Origin: Takakia lepidozioides
Lineage: Eukaryota; Plantae; Bryophyta
Assembly (NCBI GenBank): GCA_030704615.1
Contig: CM060734.1
Location: 23,126,001 to 23,190,000, forward strand
Length of the DNA: 64,000 bases
Reading direction: 5' to 3'
Below, one piece after another: positions 1-11,383 of the stretch. Each line of letters starts with the position of its first letter. Position 1 is the first letter of the stretch. Made by a program: the position numbers and the translations under genes. The notes below the pieces were generated by a model. That model was not told where the DNA came from. It searched no databases and saw only the letters and a program-made list of their open reading frames with translations.

Positions 1-3000
1 CGGTCTTGAATACCATCTACGGTATCTGGCCTGTTTGTGGGCCGATCGCCTACAAAAGGTTGGACTGTTCTCTGTCGTTTATGGACTTGGGATGCAATCG
101 AAGGTGGTCTCGAAAGAGGTACCGGAGGGGGGACTGCCCGAGATGGACCGACATTAGATGGTCCGGCATGTCAGGAACCACGGGTCTGCTACGCAACACG
201 TCGGTTAAGGTGGAATTGTAGTGGCAGGTTGTCATCATCCGAGGCTTCAACTTCCGCTCGGTCCAATGCATCTGAATGATGCATGCGTGTGGAAAACAGA
301 TCAACCCTGTTGCTCCTTAATGCCCGCTGTGTTGATGGGGAGCTGATCGGTTTTGGCATTGTGGTAGAGCTGGTCGTATCGGTGAGGCATGATCCCGTCC
401 CGTCGACTGTACAATGGGTTTGACACCATCATTTGTATGAACAGGGTTGCGTACGTCGATCAGTCCTGAGAGTACATCACCCCTAAGCTTCATTGTGGCA
501 CTACCGGTGGCTTCAGCGTGTAGTGGGGGGGCGAGGATCGACCCCAACTTCATTTTGAGGACCATGTTCTGGGGATGACACAATTGCAGCTTCACCTTCA
601 TCTGCGATACGCACTTCTTCAAGAAGGTCATCAAAGGTCGGCTGGATATAAGCATCATCCTCTGTGAATGTAAACGGGTCATACGCATTTTCGGGAGCAT
701 CATCGGATCCATCTTCACTATCAGAGGCAGATGATTCCCTCTGAGATGATTCTCTCTAAGGCTCAGTATCGTCACTCATCGAATCAGCCTCAGAAGCAGA
801 GTCTTCGGAATGCAAATTCCTCTCATATCATGCTGCAGCATCATCCGCTGCCCTCTCACGTAGCAGTCGGCAATTGGTATACACATATACCAATTTATCA
901 GCCCTCGCGGGATTCAACCTGTAGCGAATCTTATTGTGAACAAATGAGTAACTATTCCAATTGCGTTCGCAAGATAAGGCAGAGCACACTTGAACAAGAA
1001 TACGCTTCGCAATGGGAGCCAATGTTCTTGCTCCAGCTCCAATCAGATCCCACCATTCATGTGACAGCATATTGAGCTCTTTTGGATCCGGCATGTCCTC
1101 AAAAGGGTCGCGGCGATCTGAGAAGCATTGGTACTCGGATATAGCTCTCTCTGCATGGTTCGGCGGAGCCAGTCGCATGAGCACTCGCACGAGGCCGGCC
1201 TTGGCATCAGCGTCGTCTCGGAGCATGGTATTGTCGAGCAATAATGGATTGAGAAAAGCCCCCGCATAATGCAAGTCCGTTCGAACCATCGAACAACGGT
1301 CGTAAAATGCATTCTCAGCACTGTCCGCAAGTTCAGGTTCCAAGGAGAAGAGAGGATGCCTCTAGGATTGGACGTGCTTCTCAAGATTTTGTATTAATAA
1401 CCATGCCTTGCCAATTACTGGTTGCTTTCCATCAAACTCCCGCAAGATGATTAACACCGACTCAACCATATAAACAAAGTTTTCACATTTCTTCCATAAA
1501 TCATCGCTGCGAATGTTATTTCAAACTTTTCGACTTTTGACTAATGACTTGGCTTTTCTAGAGTCCCGCAATGTCCGTGTGTACGCATCCCATTGAGGAT
1601 CGATGATGGTGTGCTCCAGACTGCTCTTCACCGTCACCAACCCATCCACCATCAAGAAGTTAGTGGCAAAACGAGTTTCACTTGGATTGCGGAGGCTGTA
1701 TTTGGGTTTGTGCCTCCTATATATTGTCAAAGGGATGTGGTGTGTGCGGATGAACGACACAATAGTCTTCGCTCGCTTGACAAGTTGTTTCACCCACTGT
1801 TCTTTTCCCCAATCTTCAAAAATGAGGTCAAAGATATGAGCAGCACAACCTTGATAGTACATATGGGGATAACGTGCCAACAACATGTCTGCAGTGTTTC
1901 TCATGTTAGCGATATTGTCTGTGCATATTTGCACGATTCTATCACTTCCGACCTGTTCGATGAAGTCCGTCAATAGTTGGCATTGATAACGTCTATCTTT
2001 CTTCTCGCTGCTAGTGTCGACCGATCCCAAGAATTGTTCCCCAGCTGGACATACGAGCATGACATTGAACAACGGTCTGTTTGTGACAGAACTCCAACCA
2101 TCGGCACATATAGTGCTTCCATATTTTCTGATGCACTCGCCCGTCCTATCGTTGACCTTTTGGGTAAGCTCGGTCATGACGTCTTCTAGCAATCATGTGC
2201 GGAGATTGTGATAAGTCGGAAGCACGTACGTGGATCTGGACTCCGAGGTTGCTCTAACAGCAGAGACAAATGCCGGAAGATTTGCCACATTAAATGGTAT
2301 GTTGGCCTCGAAGAAAAACTGCGCCCATTTTTTATCCAACTGTCTTTTCGCAGACAAGTTAAGACCTTCTTGCATGTCAAGAAACTGAGGAACTAACTTC
2401 AACTTGCAGAACGTCAACCGTCATGATGAATATCTTAAAAGATAAGCTCGACTTGTTTATCATAATCCTCTACTCCGTTGAAGTGTAGAGGTACAAGAGG
2501 TGTTGAAGCAAGTGTTGCTCTGGCACAACCCACTTGTCCAAAGACACCCGAAGCCTCACAAGAGTTGCCTTGGGTACTAATCGGGGCATCCTGACGGGAA
2601 GATGGAGTGTTCTGCTCAGAGGTCATGTCCAGATCCAAAGACATTGGAATATTGCCTCCACACTGGGCAAAGTGACTTTTTACCCGCATAGATGCTTTGG
2701 GGCATAAACCCACCCCAGCGCTTTTCATACCTTTATAGGTGAGCGAGCAACCAATCCTTACGATAAGAAAGCTTTAATCCACATAGGTCGCACTCAACGC
2801 TACCAGTGGCACTGACAGTGTTCGAGATTGTCGTATACCAAGGACTCCATTCCTCCATCATCTTCACCCAATATCCACTCCCCTGGGACCTAGCGATGCA
2901 AACAACAAAAAACAGTCATCTATAAATGAACGTGTTATGAATGTAAAGTGCAATGCGATAGCCCAACACTTCTACATCTGTCAGCAACCCAAGTGGGTCA

Positions 3001-3615
3001 ATGTGGGTTGTAGTGTTGAGCTTATACATAATCTGCTGAAGTGAAAGCCACAACGGCAAAATGTGCGCACCCTCCTCTTGGGCTACACTCTCGTTCAATC
3101 GAAGAAAACATCCAAAGCAACCTCAAGTGTTTGCGCCAAAAGAAGTGAGGAGCTTGGTGACCCTCCTCCCTTATATATGCTCCAAGAGGGATGAAAGTGA
3201 AATGAAAGTGAAATGAATAAATGACAAATCAATAGCACCCACCCGAAAAAGGTTGTACAACCATATTTGTTGTAATTTTGGAATTTTTCTATTTCGAAAA
3301 AAAAAGCGATCGCCCGTGCGACCGCCAATTTTGCTTTAAAAAAAATAAAAATTGAAGCGACCGCCAATATGGCGGTCGCCATTTCTTTTTTAATTTTGAA
3401 AACCAAAGCGAATTGGCGATCGTGTTCATTTTGTTAATTTTTCAAAATGTATTTGCCACCGCCACTGTGTCGGCGACGTGGCTGCTTAAGTGGCAGTATT
3501 TTACCTGGTACTATTTTTACCAGAATATTCCCCGAACCTGACGTGACGGAGGTCCCGTCAGCGTCAGACGTGACCTGACGCTGACGGACGGACGTGACGC
3601 TGATAACCGGGCCTA
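1..3615 (-). mobile_element. hAT-family DNA transposon, decayed; 3' end lies outside the window
   Basis: Minus-strand transposase pieces. Terminus reads TAGGCCCGGTTATCA on the minus strand from 3615, next to subterminal (C)TGACG repeats at 3538-3603. TATA-like TATATAAG near 3170-3178. Confidence 0.8.
828..2860 (-). pseudogene. hAT transposase (BED finger, DUF659, hATC dimerisation domain) with stops and frameshifts
   Basis: CDLC..AHL..GVGLCP BED finger (about 2700-2800); WAQFFFEANIPFNV; TICADGWSSVTNRPLFN, QICTDN, CAAHIFDL, ETRFAT; EWWDLIG..LAPIAKRIL..SCERNWNSY. Confidence 0.92.
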
Positions 3616-3861
3616 GTTGTATCTCACCTGATTAATCTATAAAGGTAAAAACTTATGAGTGGGGATTTGGTCTGCTGTCTGGGGTAAGCATCATGAGAAG
3701 GTAGGGTAGCATGCATGTCTTGGTTGTCTTTATGGTTGTTTGATGTCTAGGATCTGGTTGGCATAGTTGCAATTCCTAGAAAACAGATCAATGGAGGTAT
3801 TTTGTTTCTATATGTACCATGATGCGCGGTAGAATGGAGAATAATGGGACCCGTATTGCAG

Positions 3862-5278
3862 GCAGAACATTTGGACTCACTTTTGGAGCCCCTTGGCAAG
3901 AAGTCTGTGGCATTTTTGGAGCCCAGGGTGGTGTTAGCTTACCTAAAGATACATTAGTGAGAAGGCTAATTCGATTATCAATAAGCTCCTAGAGGAGGGG
4001 CACCTGTTTGAACTAGCGATTGTTGTGATAGATCAGCTTCATATGGTGGGTGATGGTTTAATCAACTGTGCGATCTGTTCACTTTTGCTTCTAGCTGTTG
4101 CTTCCTTCATTCTCAATGACAATGTTTTCTGATTGGTTCTTGAATCACGCAAAGTGAGCCGTCTTCAAAACTTCTGCTACAATTATTATATTCTATCGTT
4201 GCCTTGGCAGTGTACTGCTGTTATAAGGATGGAAATATGCAGGTTGGGGACAAGGACCGAGGATACTTATTGGAGCTGTTGCTGACAAAGCCAAGGTATG
4301 CAACTGGTGATGGAGAGCCTGTTTCTACAGTCAGCAACTGTGGCGGAGTCACAACTAGTAATGCAGGGTGTAACAGCGGCTTGCAGATAGTCGGCATGAG
4401 TTCCACCATTCCCAACGTAGCCTGCCATTGCTGCTTGGCTTCAGGTACGTTCCTTGCTATGCATTTGAGGTTAGCATTCCTAGATACATGTTGTAAAAGA
4501 AATTCTCTCTATTGAGGAACAGTTGTTTGTGATGAGGGTACTAGTTTATTCAACAGACACTCTGGGATCAGAAAGAGAGTACTTGATCTTCTATGTAGGG
4601 GTAGTCCATGTTCCCATGTTTTCTCCATTTTACCCAAACTGGATGTATCAAATCTAATGATGGTTGATAATGTTTAACTGCAGGCTGGACATTATGAGAC
4701 AACATTTCATCCAGTACCTCTGGAGGAGTTCTTAAAAGTTGGGAATACTATCTACAATGAGAAGATGGAAGTTGCCACAATGATTAGGAAAGGTGCGAAC
4801 CTTGGTGGAAAGGATCCTGATCACGTTGTGGAATTATGCAGTGAGGTAACTATTGATTGGCTGGTGTGGTTGTGTGCCATAATATCATGCTCTATGTGTG
4901 CATTCGTAAGATCCTCGTGCTTGAGTAAGCAAAACCTGTCATTGGCAGTGTCACTGTTTGATGCCTCAAAAGCTAGCAAATGTTCCTGTGATAGTCTAGA
5001 TGCCTGCCAGTTGCTGATACAGTACCATAGATAAGCAGGTAGTGACAGAAGGGCTCTCAGTATTGCTGTTTTGCTCCAGCCACAAAGGGTGTGAGACCTC
5101 AGCTCGCCACATCGCGAAATTCTTGCCACCTTTTTGGCCTTTGACAAAAGAAAATGCAAGTGGTTGTAAGGATGGGGATGCGGCTGTGGAGGAGTTACGG
5201 AAGTCACCAGCTGGCTTAGACCCCATCTTGGCAGAAACCCTTCCAACTGGTGTTGCATACCACCATGCAGGCCTTACG
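3862..5278 (+). pseudogene. TEB: TEBICHI / DNA polymerase theta helicase-domain fragment, four exons (3862-4045, 4243-4444, 4684-4845, 5039-5278)
   Basis: Translation gives [43 protein letters not shown] / VGDKDRGYLLELLLTK..GLQIVGMSSTIPNV / [27 protein letters not shown] / SVLLFCSSHKGCETSARH..LPTGVAYHHAGLT, with AG/GT boundaries. DELH is changed to DQLH, there are indels, and no downstream exons were found. Confidence 0.9.
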
Positions 5279-6189
5279 GTAGATTCTCTCTTTGCTCTTT
5301 TGTAACCTCTCACCGCTGCATCACTCAAGTTCGTTGTGATGATGCCTGCACTATAGTATATGGTTTTGCTCTAGGTGCTCCACGAATGGCAATCCACCCT
5401 TCCAGTTGTTTTCTCCATGGTTTGAGATGACGACACCATTGGGTTGGTTTCTATCTGCAACATTTTAACTTGATGGATCTCTACAGGTTAGGTTTGCATT
5501 TCCCTTATAGCAATCCTCTGGTCAGTTTGAATAGGGAGAACACAAGGCTTGGGAATTGGAAGGACGAGAGAGGGGTACATCTCTTTGACTCTGTTCCTGC
5601 AGAAAGTCCTATTTGAGCATGATGCCTCCTCGTAGGTCTTCTGTTATCTATAGTCTGCCAGGTTGAAAGGTCTGCTGAGCCTACATACATGGGCTCACCA
5701 AAACATCAGATTGACTAGTCATTGAAGGAGTTACAATTAGTAAGCAATTTATGAATGAGGAGCAAGGATTCCTTAGTGAGAATGGTGTAGCATGCGGTGG
5801 GACAGGCAGGGTTATATCAATGGATTTAAATGAAGGGCGGCTGCGTATGCCCACAGAGGCCACCCAACAGCAGGGCGTGGATGACATTGTCGCTTCATGC
5901 CACAACTATGACCTTCATGATTTTGCGGTGCCCATGAATCCTTTAGTTAAATTTTGCTGATATTTAGCCATTCCTTTTCTTTTCCAACCATCTGTGGGAA
6001 GTTACAGACTGCCATGGTTTTGTTAGGTTTAGTCCACATACGCCATTCTTCAAGACTTGAAGCCTAGAGAGCTTGCATGAATGTTCAAATTTAGGAATTT
6101 GGGATCTCTTGTTGACATTTGCAGTGTATTGCTACAAAATGGTTGTAAACAAAACGTTTACACAGTTTAATTATCGACTACATGGTCGC

Positions 6190-6984
6190 ATTTGTCACTA
6201 TTGTCTTCCATTGTAGTGATTTGCAAAGTTGTGATAAGTGTTATGGAGTTAAATATATAGCTATAGTGAGAAACTCATAGATTGTGGACAGTTGTATGTT
6301 TCACCCATGCATGTGTGGTCAAATGGCTTCATTGTTTAGCTCCCACTAATCATAATGTGTAGTGAAATCTTTTCTTAATCATAGTGATGTGTTCTTTTCC
6401 TACACGTGCAACCTCCCAATTTCACTATGTAGTACTACACAAAACTAGAACTCTAGACTCCCAATTCATTATACGGTACTACACTAAACTTCAACTCGTA
6501 TTCATATATTCTTTCTCACCAAATAAGATTGTGACACATGGCTTCTTAGTGAACTACCTCACTATATGCTCACCTCTATAGTAGTGGAATGTATTATGCA
6601 TTCCTAGTGATATGATTCCATATTTCACTACATAGTGATTCATGAGCTTTCAGTGCTGACTGAATAGTGAATGTATAAACTACTCATAGTGTTGATATTC
6701 ACCATCATAATGTGTGATTATTTGCCATGTGGCTATTGTAGTGAAGTTGTTCACTATATGGGTAGTGAAATATTTTACTATCCATAATCCATCTATCTAG
6801 AATTGGTGGGCTCCACCACAGTGAAAATATTTTCACTGGCACATTTGACTGTCCTTCCTACTTCACTGCATGCCTGAAACAACTCGCCCTTTGTCACTAT
6901 CTGGTTTTTTTTTGGTAAAAATGGTACTTTCGATTATTTTGGCAGTGAAATAGACAGTCAAAAATCCCGCATCATGTTGTAGTG
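6190..6984. mobile_element. Right end of a CACTA (En/Spm) element: subterminal repeat field and terminal TIR
   Basis: Dense TTCACTA/TAGTGAA motifs in both orientations, ending CATGTTGTAGTG at 6984 (reverse complement CACTACAACATG). Unrelated coding sequence follows abruptly. Confidence 0.7.
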
Positions 6985-7960
6985 AATGGACACAGTCTAC
7001 AGTGCTTCACCACAAGCTATGAAACTATTTTTGGCACACTAAAGCTACTACTGACGCACAGATTCGGCAAACACTCAAGTTCAGATACGCCCAATACACG
7101 GTTCACCAGCATAAACATATCTTCTGGCCGCGCCTCTTCCCATCCCCATACTGCCCATTATGCTCACACACCCATCATGAGCGTGACATCTGGCCACACC
7201 TACTTAGCCAATGTACCCACCCGATTATCCATGGTCTTCATATCACTCGACACAACCATGCACTTTGGCACATCCATAAACTTCTTCTTAGTCAGGCTGA
7301 AGCCAGGTGGTACTCACTCATTAACGCCGACACCTATCAAGGTCGACCCCCAGATCACACGGTACCACCATGGTAGCTCCCTTGTACATGTACCCGCTCA
7401 CCATGCACCTGTCCCGCTAGGCTCTGCCCCGATATTCTACTTGTCCTAGGACTACCCACTAACACATCACTACCCACTGCACCCTCCCCAAAATTCACCA
7501 TACACTTCATTGAATTCACTTACTGCCACGATCGCTACCCCATGGACTCGATTTTGGAAAAACGGAAAAAATACGCCCGCTCATCCTTGCAATCCGCCGG
7601 CTGGAATACTGGCCCGCTTACCATCATCACATGTTTTAAAGCAATCCATCTCACGGCGTTACGTTCCCTCACAACCATCATTACTAACAAACGGCAACTG
7701 GAATCTAGCTCTACGACAGTACCCTAGGTACCCCAGGGTCCCCCTGGGTACCCAGAGGTATATTGGTACCTCTTTTCCTCAGTTACCCGGTGTCCCCCTG
7801 GACACCTGTCTTTCTTATAGGGCCCACCCCCGAAAGAGGGCAGTAGCCGCAAGGCGAAGTGGCTCTCAGGTACACCGGCTTCGGCCGGAGTCTTCTCTCT
7901 GTGTGGGATGCAGTGTAGTGTGATGGAGGGTGCCCTGCCACTTGAGATTTAAATTTTGAT
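6985..7960 (+). mobile_element. 3' fragment of a non-LTR retrotransposon with restriction-like endonuclease (Dualen/RandI-like)
   Basis: Frame only partly in the ORF track (about 7028-7727): LKFRYAQY..CPLC..H..QC (zinc knuckle), ITRHNHA, RLCPDILLV, IEFTYCHD, EKRKKY, LQSAGW, AIHLTALRSLTTIITNKRQLE. One internal stop at about 7374. Confidence 0.75.
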
Positions 7961-7974
7961 TGTAAATAGGGCAT

Positions 7975-10200
7975 TCAACACATGGATGAATTTCTAATCA
8001 TTTCGTTGCCCTTAACCCTAAAGCGATGAAGTTTGCATATCGGGATGACGGTAAGAGGAGTCACGACGACCTGCATGAAGACTTGGGCAGATGAGTGCAC
8101 TGGCGCCCGCTGTTTACTTCTTCTTCTCGATTTGGGTTGTGTATCTCCAGCATGTGGTGCAAGGATAAGAGGGGAGTTAAGAGAGGATGGGAAGCAGCCT
8201 TGTGAACCGTGCTGCTCAAGTGGTGACGGCAGGCAATTAAGGGAGACCTGAATGCTCGACTCGCAGATACTTGTTCTGAAGAAGTGACGGCAAGAACTTA
8301 TGATGGAGATAAGGAGTGGCAAGGTGGATGGTCCTGCTGCAGCAGTGGGAGGATTCGAGATTGTTGAAGGGATAAGCTCCATGCCGCTGATGTGATGAGG
8401 ATGAATGCAGGTTGCAGAGGATGGCCCAAGTAGTACTTAACGGGTGTTCTCAATGTTGGTAAGGCTGGTGATTTTCTAGGACACAAAACAATGAACAGAG
8501 ATGACGGAGTTATAGACTAGAACTTGTACATTGGAAAATGGGAGAAAGGGGGATATGAATACAAAGCACTACAACAGGGTATTCAATCCGATTGCTATGC
8601 AGAGAGGAATTTGTGAGGATGTGGCATCATAATCTGTTCTCGAAATGAGTGAGAGAAAGATCAGAGCTTGTGAAGAGGAGCTGCTCTGATCTGAGATGTT
8701 TAGTTGATTTGTTCTTAGGCTAGGTTTCTGAAGAGATGAATCATGATGAAGGGTGTTGGAAAGGCTGCAGCAGTTGATAAGGGGGTTTGAAGTACATAGG
8801 GTCATCTGGAAATTGAGAATCATAGTGAGGTAGAATCTATATTTTGTTTAGTTGAGAACCAGCAAGTTACTTCCAGAAGTGTGAAAGCATAGGATGTTGT
8901 TCTGTTCATTCTACAAATTCCAAGAGCCTTAGGCAACGGAGAAGGATAGCAGCAGTTAGGCATATATGATCTACAGTCTGATAGGGTGAATGTTTATTAC
9001 TGTTTCATGCCAAGCTTCCAGTGATGACCAACCAAAATCTGTGAAGTGTGAGATGTTGCATAGCATTTAGAGTTACCTAGGTGCAAATGTTGTCATCAGA
9101 AGTGCCAACAACAGAAGAAAGAGAAAATGAGAGAAAAAAGGACGGTCCTGCCTCTTTTTATAAGTTTGAGGAGAAAAACCCAGAGTTGAGTTTATTAAGT
9201 TCACTGCACGGAGTATCAAGCACATGAGCCATAAGGTGAGATTGTGTGAAGGACATAGACCCCACATTCTGGGTTTTCAGATAAGCTGCATGACCAAGGA
9301 AATCCAAGAGAGATTTGAGCCAACCCTTTTACCGAAGGATTCTGAACCTTGATTAGAAAGGGGATGGATGTATGAGTAGTAATCTTACATTCTGAGCTGG
9401 ACTCACATGATATTCAGAGGGAAAACTAGAGAGTCAGTTAGCAAGCCCACATGCATGGGGTGCCAGTAAAATGAACCAAGAAGGGAATTTTGCACACTAA
9501 TTGTGAGCAGAATCCCTTAAGCATGAGCAGATTGTAAGCGTGAGCAGATTAGGGAAGCGGCCCACAATCGAGGTAATACAGGGCCTATTGCCGTGGATGC
9601 AAACACTTCTGAATGGAAATTCACGTAGGCGGCCAGGGACCAAAGATGTCGTGCTCCATGCATGCAATGTGGGATGAATATGTGATGAAAACCTGCCGAA
9701 TGAAAGAAGCATGGATGAATGAAAGAAGTGAAGGGATGAATGATGGATGAAAATCCGCACTGATTAATGGAGCATGGATGGACTGAAATAAGAGTGATTG
9801 TACGGCAAACACGGCAAACACAACAAATTCTAAACCCAGGGAAACACAGGAAACCCTAACCACAAACACTGATCCCGCAACCCAAACTCCAAACCCCCAA
9901 GGCAAACCATAAGCCTAAAACCCAAGCCCGCACTGATAAACCCAAACCCCAAACCCCAAAGAATAAACGGAAACCACAAACCCAGAACGGTAACCCTAAT
10001 TCGTGAAGTGTACCTTACAGAATAAACCCCAACCAGCGACAATGTAGAAGAGGTGGAGAAGCGAAGCGAAAGGAGGCTCAAATTTAGAAGAATAGGTGGA
10101 AAAAAATTTAAGTGTCATAAAGAAGCTCAACGAAAATTGTATGCGTTGTTGAGTTTAAATAAGTGTATTTTAATTTGGGAGAAGCTTAATTCCAGCCCAG
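7975..10200 (-). other. Unclassified, probably TE-derived minus-strand transcription unit, with no recognisable protein
   Basis: Minus-strand TATTTAAAC at 10153-10161, pyrimidine-rich leader, AAG|GTACAC donor near 10013, telo-box-like TAGGGTT motifs. Shares a cis module with 10870-11155. Confidence 0.3.
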
Positions 10201-10208
10201 CAGACCAG

Positions 10209-10630
10209 CCAGATTAAGTTGGCGTCAACGCCACCTTAATCTGGCACACTCGGGAAAAAAAAATGAAAAAAATCGGATTATATATATATATATATTGGTT
10301 GCTGCTTTTCTTTTTCAATATCCTTCTGCTCAACGCCATCTTAATCCAGACCCAGACAGGTAGACATATAGACATGGTCCTTGAGTGGTTTTTACTTTTC
10401 TGTTTGTCAATTTCTTTGTGCTTAGAGGGGTGGAGATTAAGCTGGCGTCAACGCCATCTTAATCCAGACCTAGACAGACAGGTAGAAAGACAGACAGACA
10501 GACAGACAGACAGATATACAAACAGACGGTAGGACTTCAGTGGTTGATTCTTTTTTGTTTTTCAATTTCCTTGAGCTTAGAGGGGTGGAGATTAAGCTGG
10601 CGTCAACGCCATCTTAATCCAGACCCAGAT
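10209..10630. repeat. Tandem array of about 120-155 bp units, each with the palindrome GATTAAG-YTGGCGT-CA-ACGCCAY-CTTAATC; contains (TA)n and (GACA)n tracts
   Basis: Palindrome copies at about 10209-10244, 10330-10347 (half), 10435-10464 and 10590-10619. Confidence 0.85.
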
Positions 10631-10728
10631 AGGTAGCCATTCAGACATACCATTGCAATGACTCTCTGTGATGTGGTCGAGCAATCACTCAGTGGAGATG
10701 GAACACGGGATGCAACATAGGAAGGTCA

Positions 10729-10860
10729 CAGAAAGGTGTGCGACCAATCATGGTCACTTTCATTAGCGGAGTCAATGTATGTGCCAACCTTGGATACCTG
10801 GAGAAGGGCAAGCAAGTCCATGCTCATATCATCAAAGCAGGAATTGCATCATACATCAGA
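10729..10860 (+). pseudogene. Isolated PLS-class PPR motif fragment
   Basis: QKGVRPIMVTFISGVNVCANLGYLEKGKQVHAHIIKAGI resembles the plant PPR L-motif consensus GVxPxxVTFxSxLxACAxLGxLExGKQVHAxIIKxG. Confidence 0.75.
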
Positions 10861-11383
10861 TAGTATCACCTTTATTTCACTCTACTTTCATCCAAATTTT
10901 TATCATGTCACATTCATCAATCATTCATCCACTCACCAATCTTATTGCTAAGCCTTAGTCACACTCCAGGAATACTAAGCTCCCATTTTCGACGGTTAAG
11001 CCCTACGGCAATAGGGCTTCTAGGAGTTGACAGACCGCGGTAATAGGCCCAACCCTAATTTCTAATTCCGAAGAACGTAGTTGAAAATCAATTCTTCGAT
11101 GCAATCACTAATTCTGCTCACAGTATTTTCTGCTCACGTGTGCTGCTCACAATCTAGCACGCCCTGCTAAGGAACAACAGGAAGGGAACTACAACAAAAA
11201 CTAAACAAAACTAGGCATCCGATAGTGCAAATGATGAAAAAACCAGGAGAACAAAACTTTGCCCTGCAAGGTGGGCGAAGGAAAAAAATCAACTTGAAAA
11301 AATCCAAACACTGTACATAGTGATGCCAGGACTAAATTGAAAGAAAGAAAACAAATATCTAACTAAGGCTCAGAATCTGCTGC

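Noticed and set aside
317-775. 152-aa ORF as a separate gene
   Set aside because: Probably an off-frame reading of the acidic hAT transposase tail.
6982-7449. 155-aa and 137-aa (7510-7923) plus-strand ORFs as genes
   Set aside because: Alternative frames of the RLE retrotransposon fragment.
8560-9110. Long decayed minus-strand reading frame
   Set aside because: Many stops and no recognisable motif; cannot be supported without a homology search.
10291-10302. TATTGGTTGC after (TA)n as a left TIR matching TGTTGGTGGC at 15193-15202 (Ginger-like ends)
   Set aside because: Only 8 of 10 bases match, and the palindrome array continues on both sides of the TA tract, so this is not a clear boundary.
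10209-10630. CRISPR-like palindromic repeats with spacers
   Set aside because: The spacers are homologous to each other, lengths are irregular, there are no cas genes, and the context is eukaryotic.
11035-11045. CCGCGGTAATA resembling the SSU rRNA 530 loop
   Set aside because: An 11-bp match with no flanking rRNA similarity; it is a variant of the local cis box.
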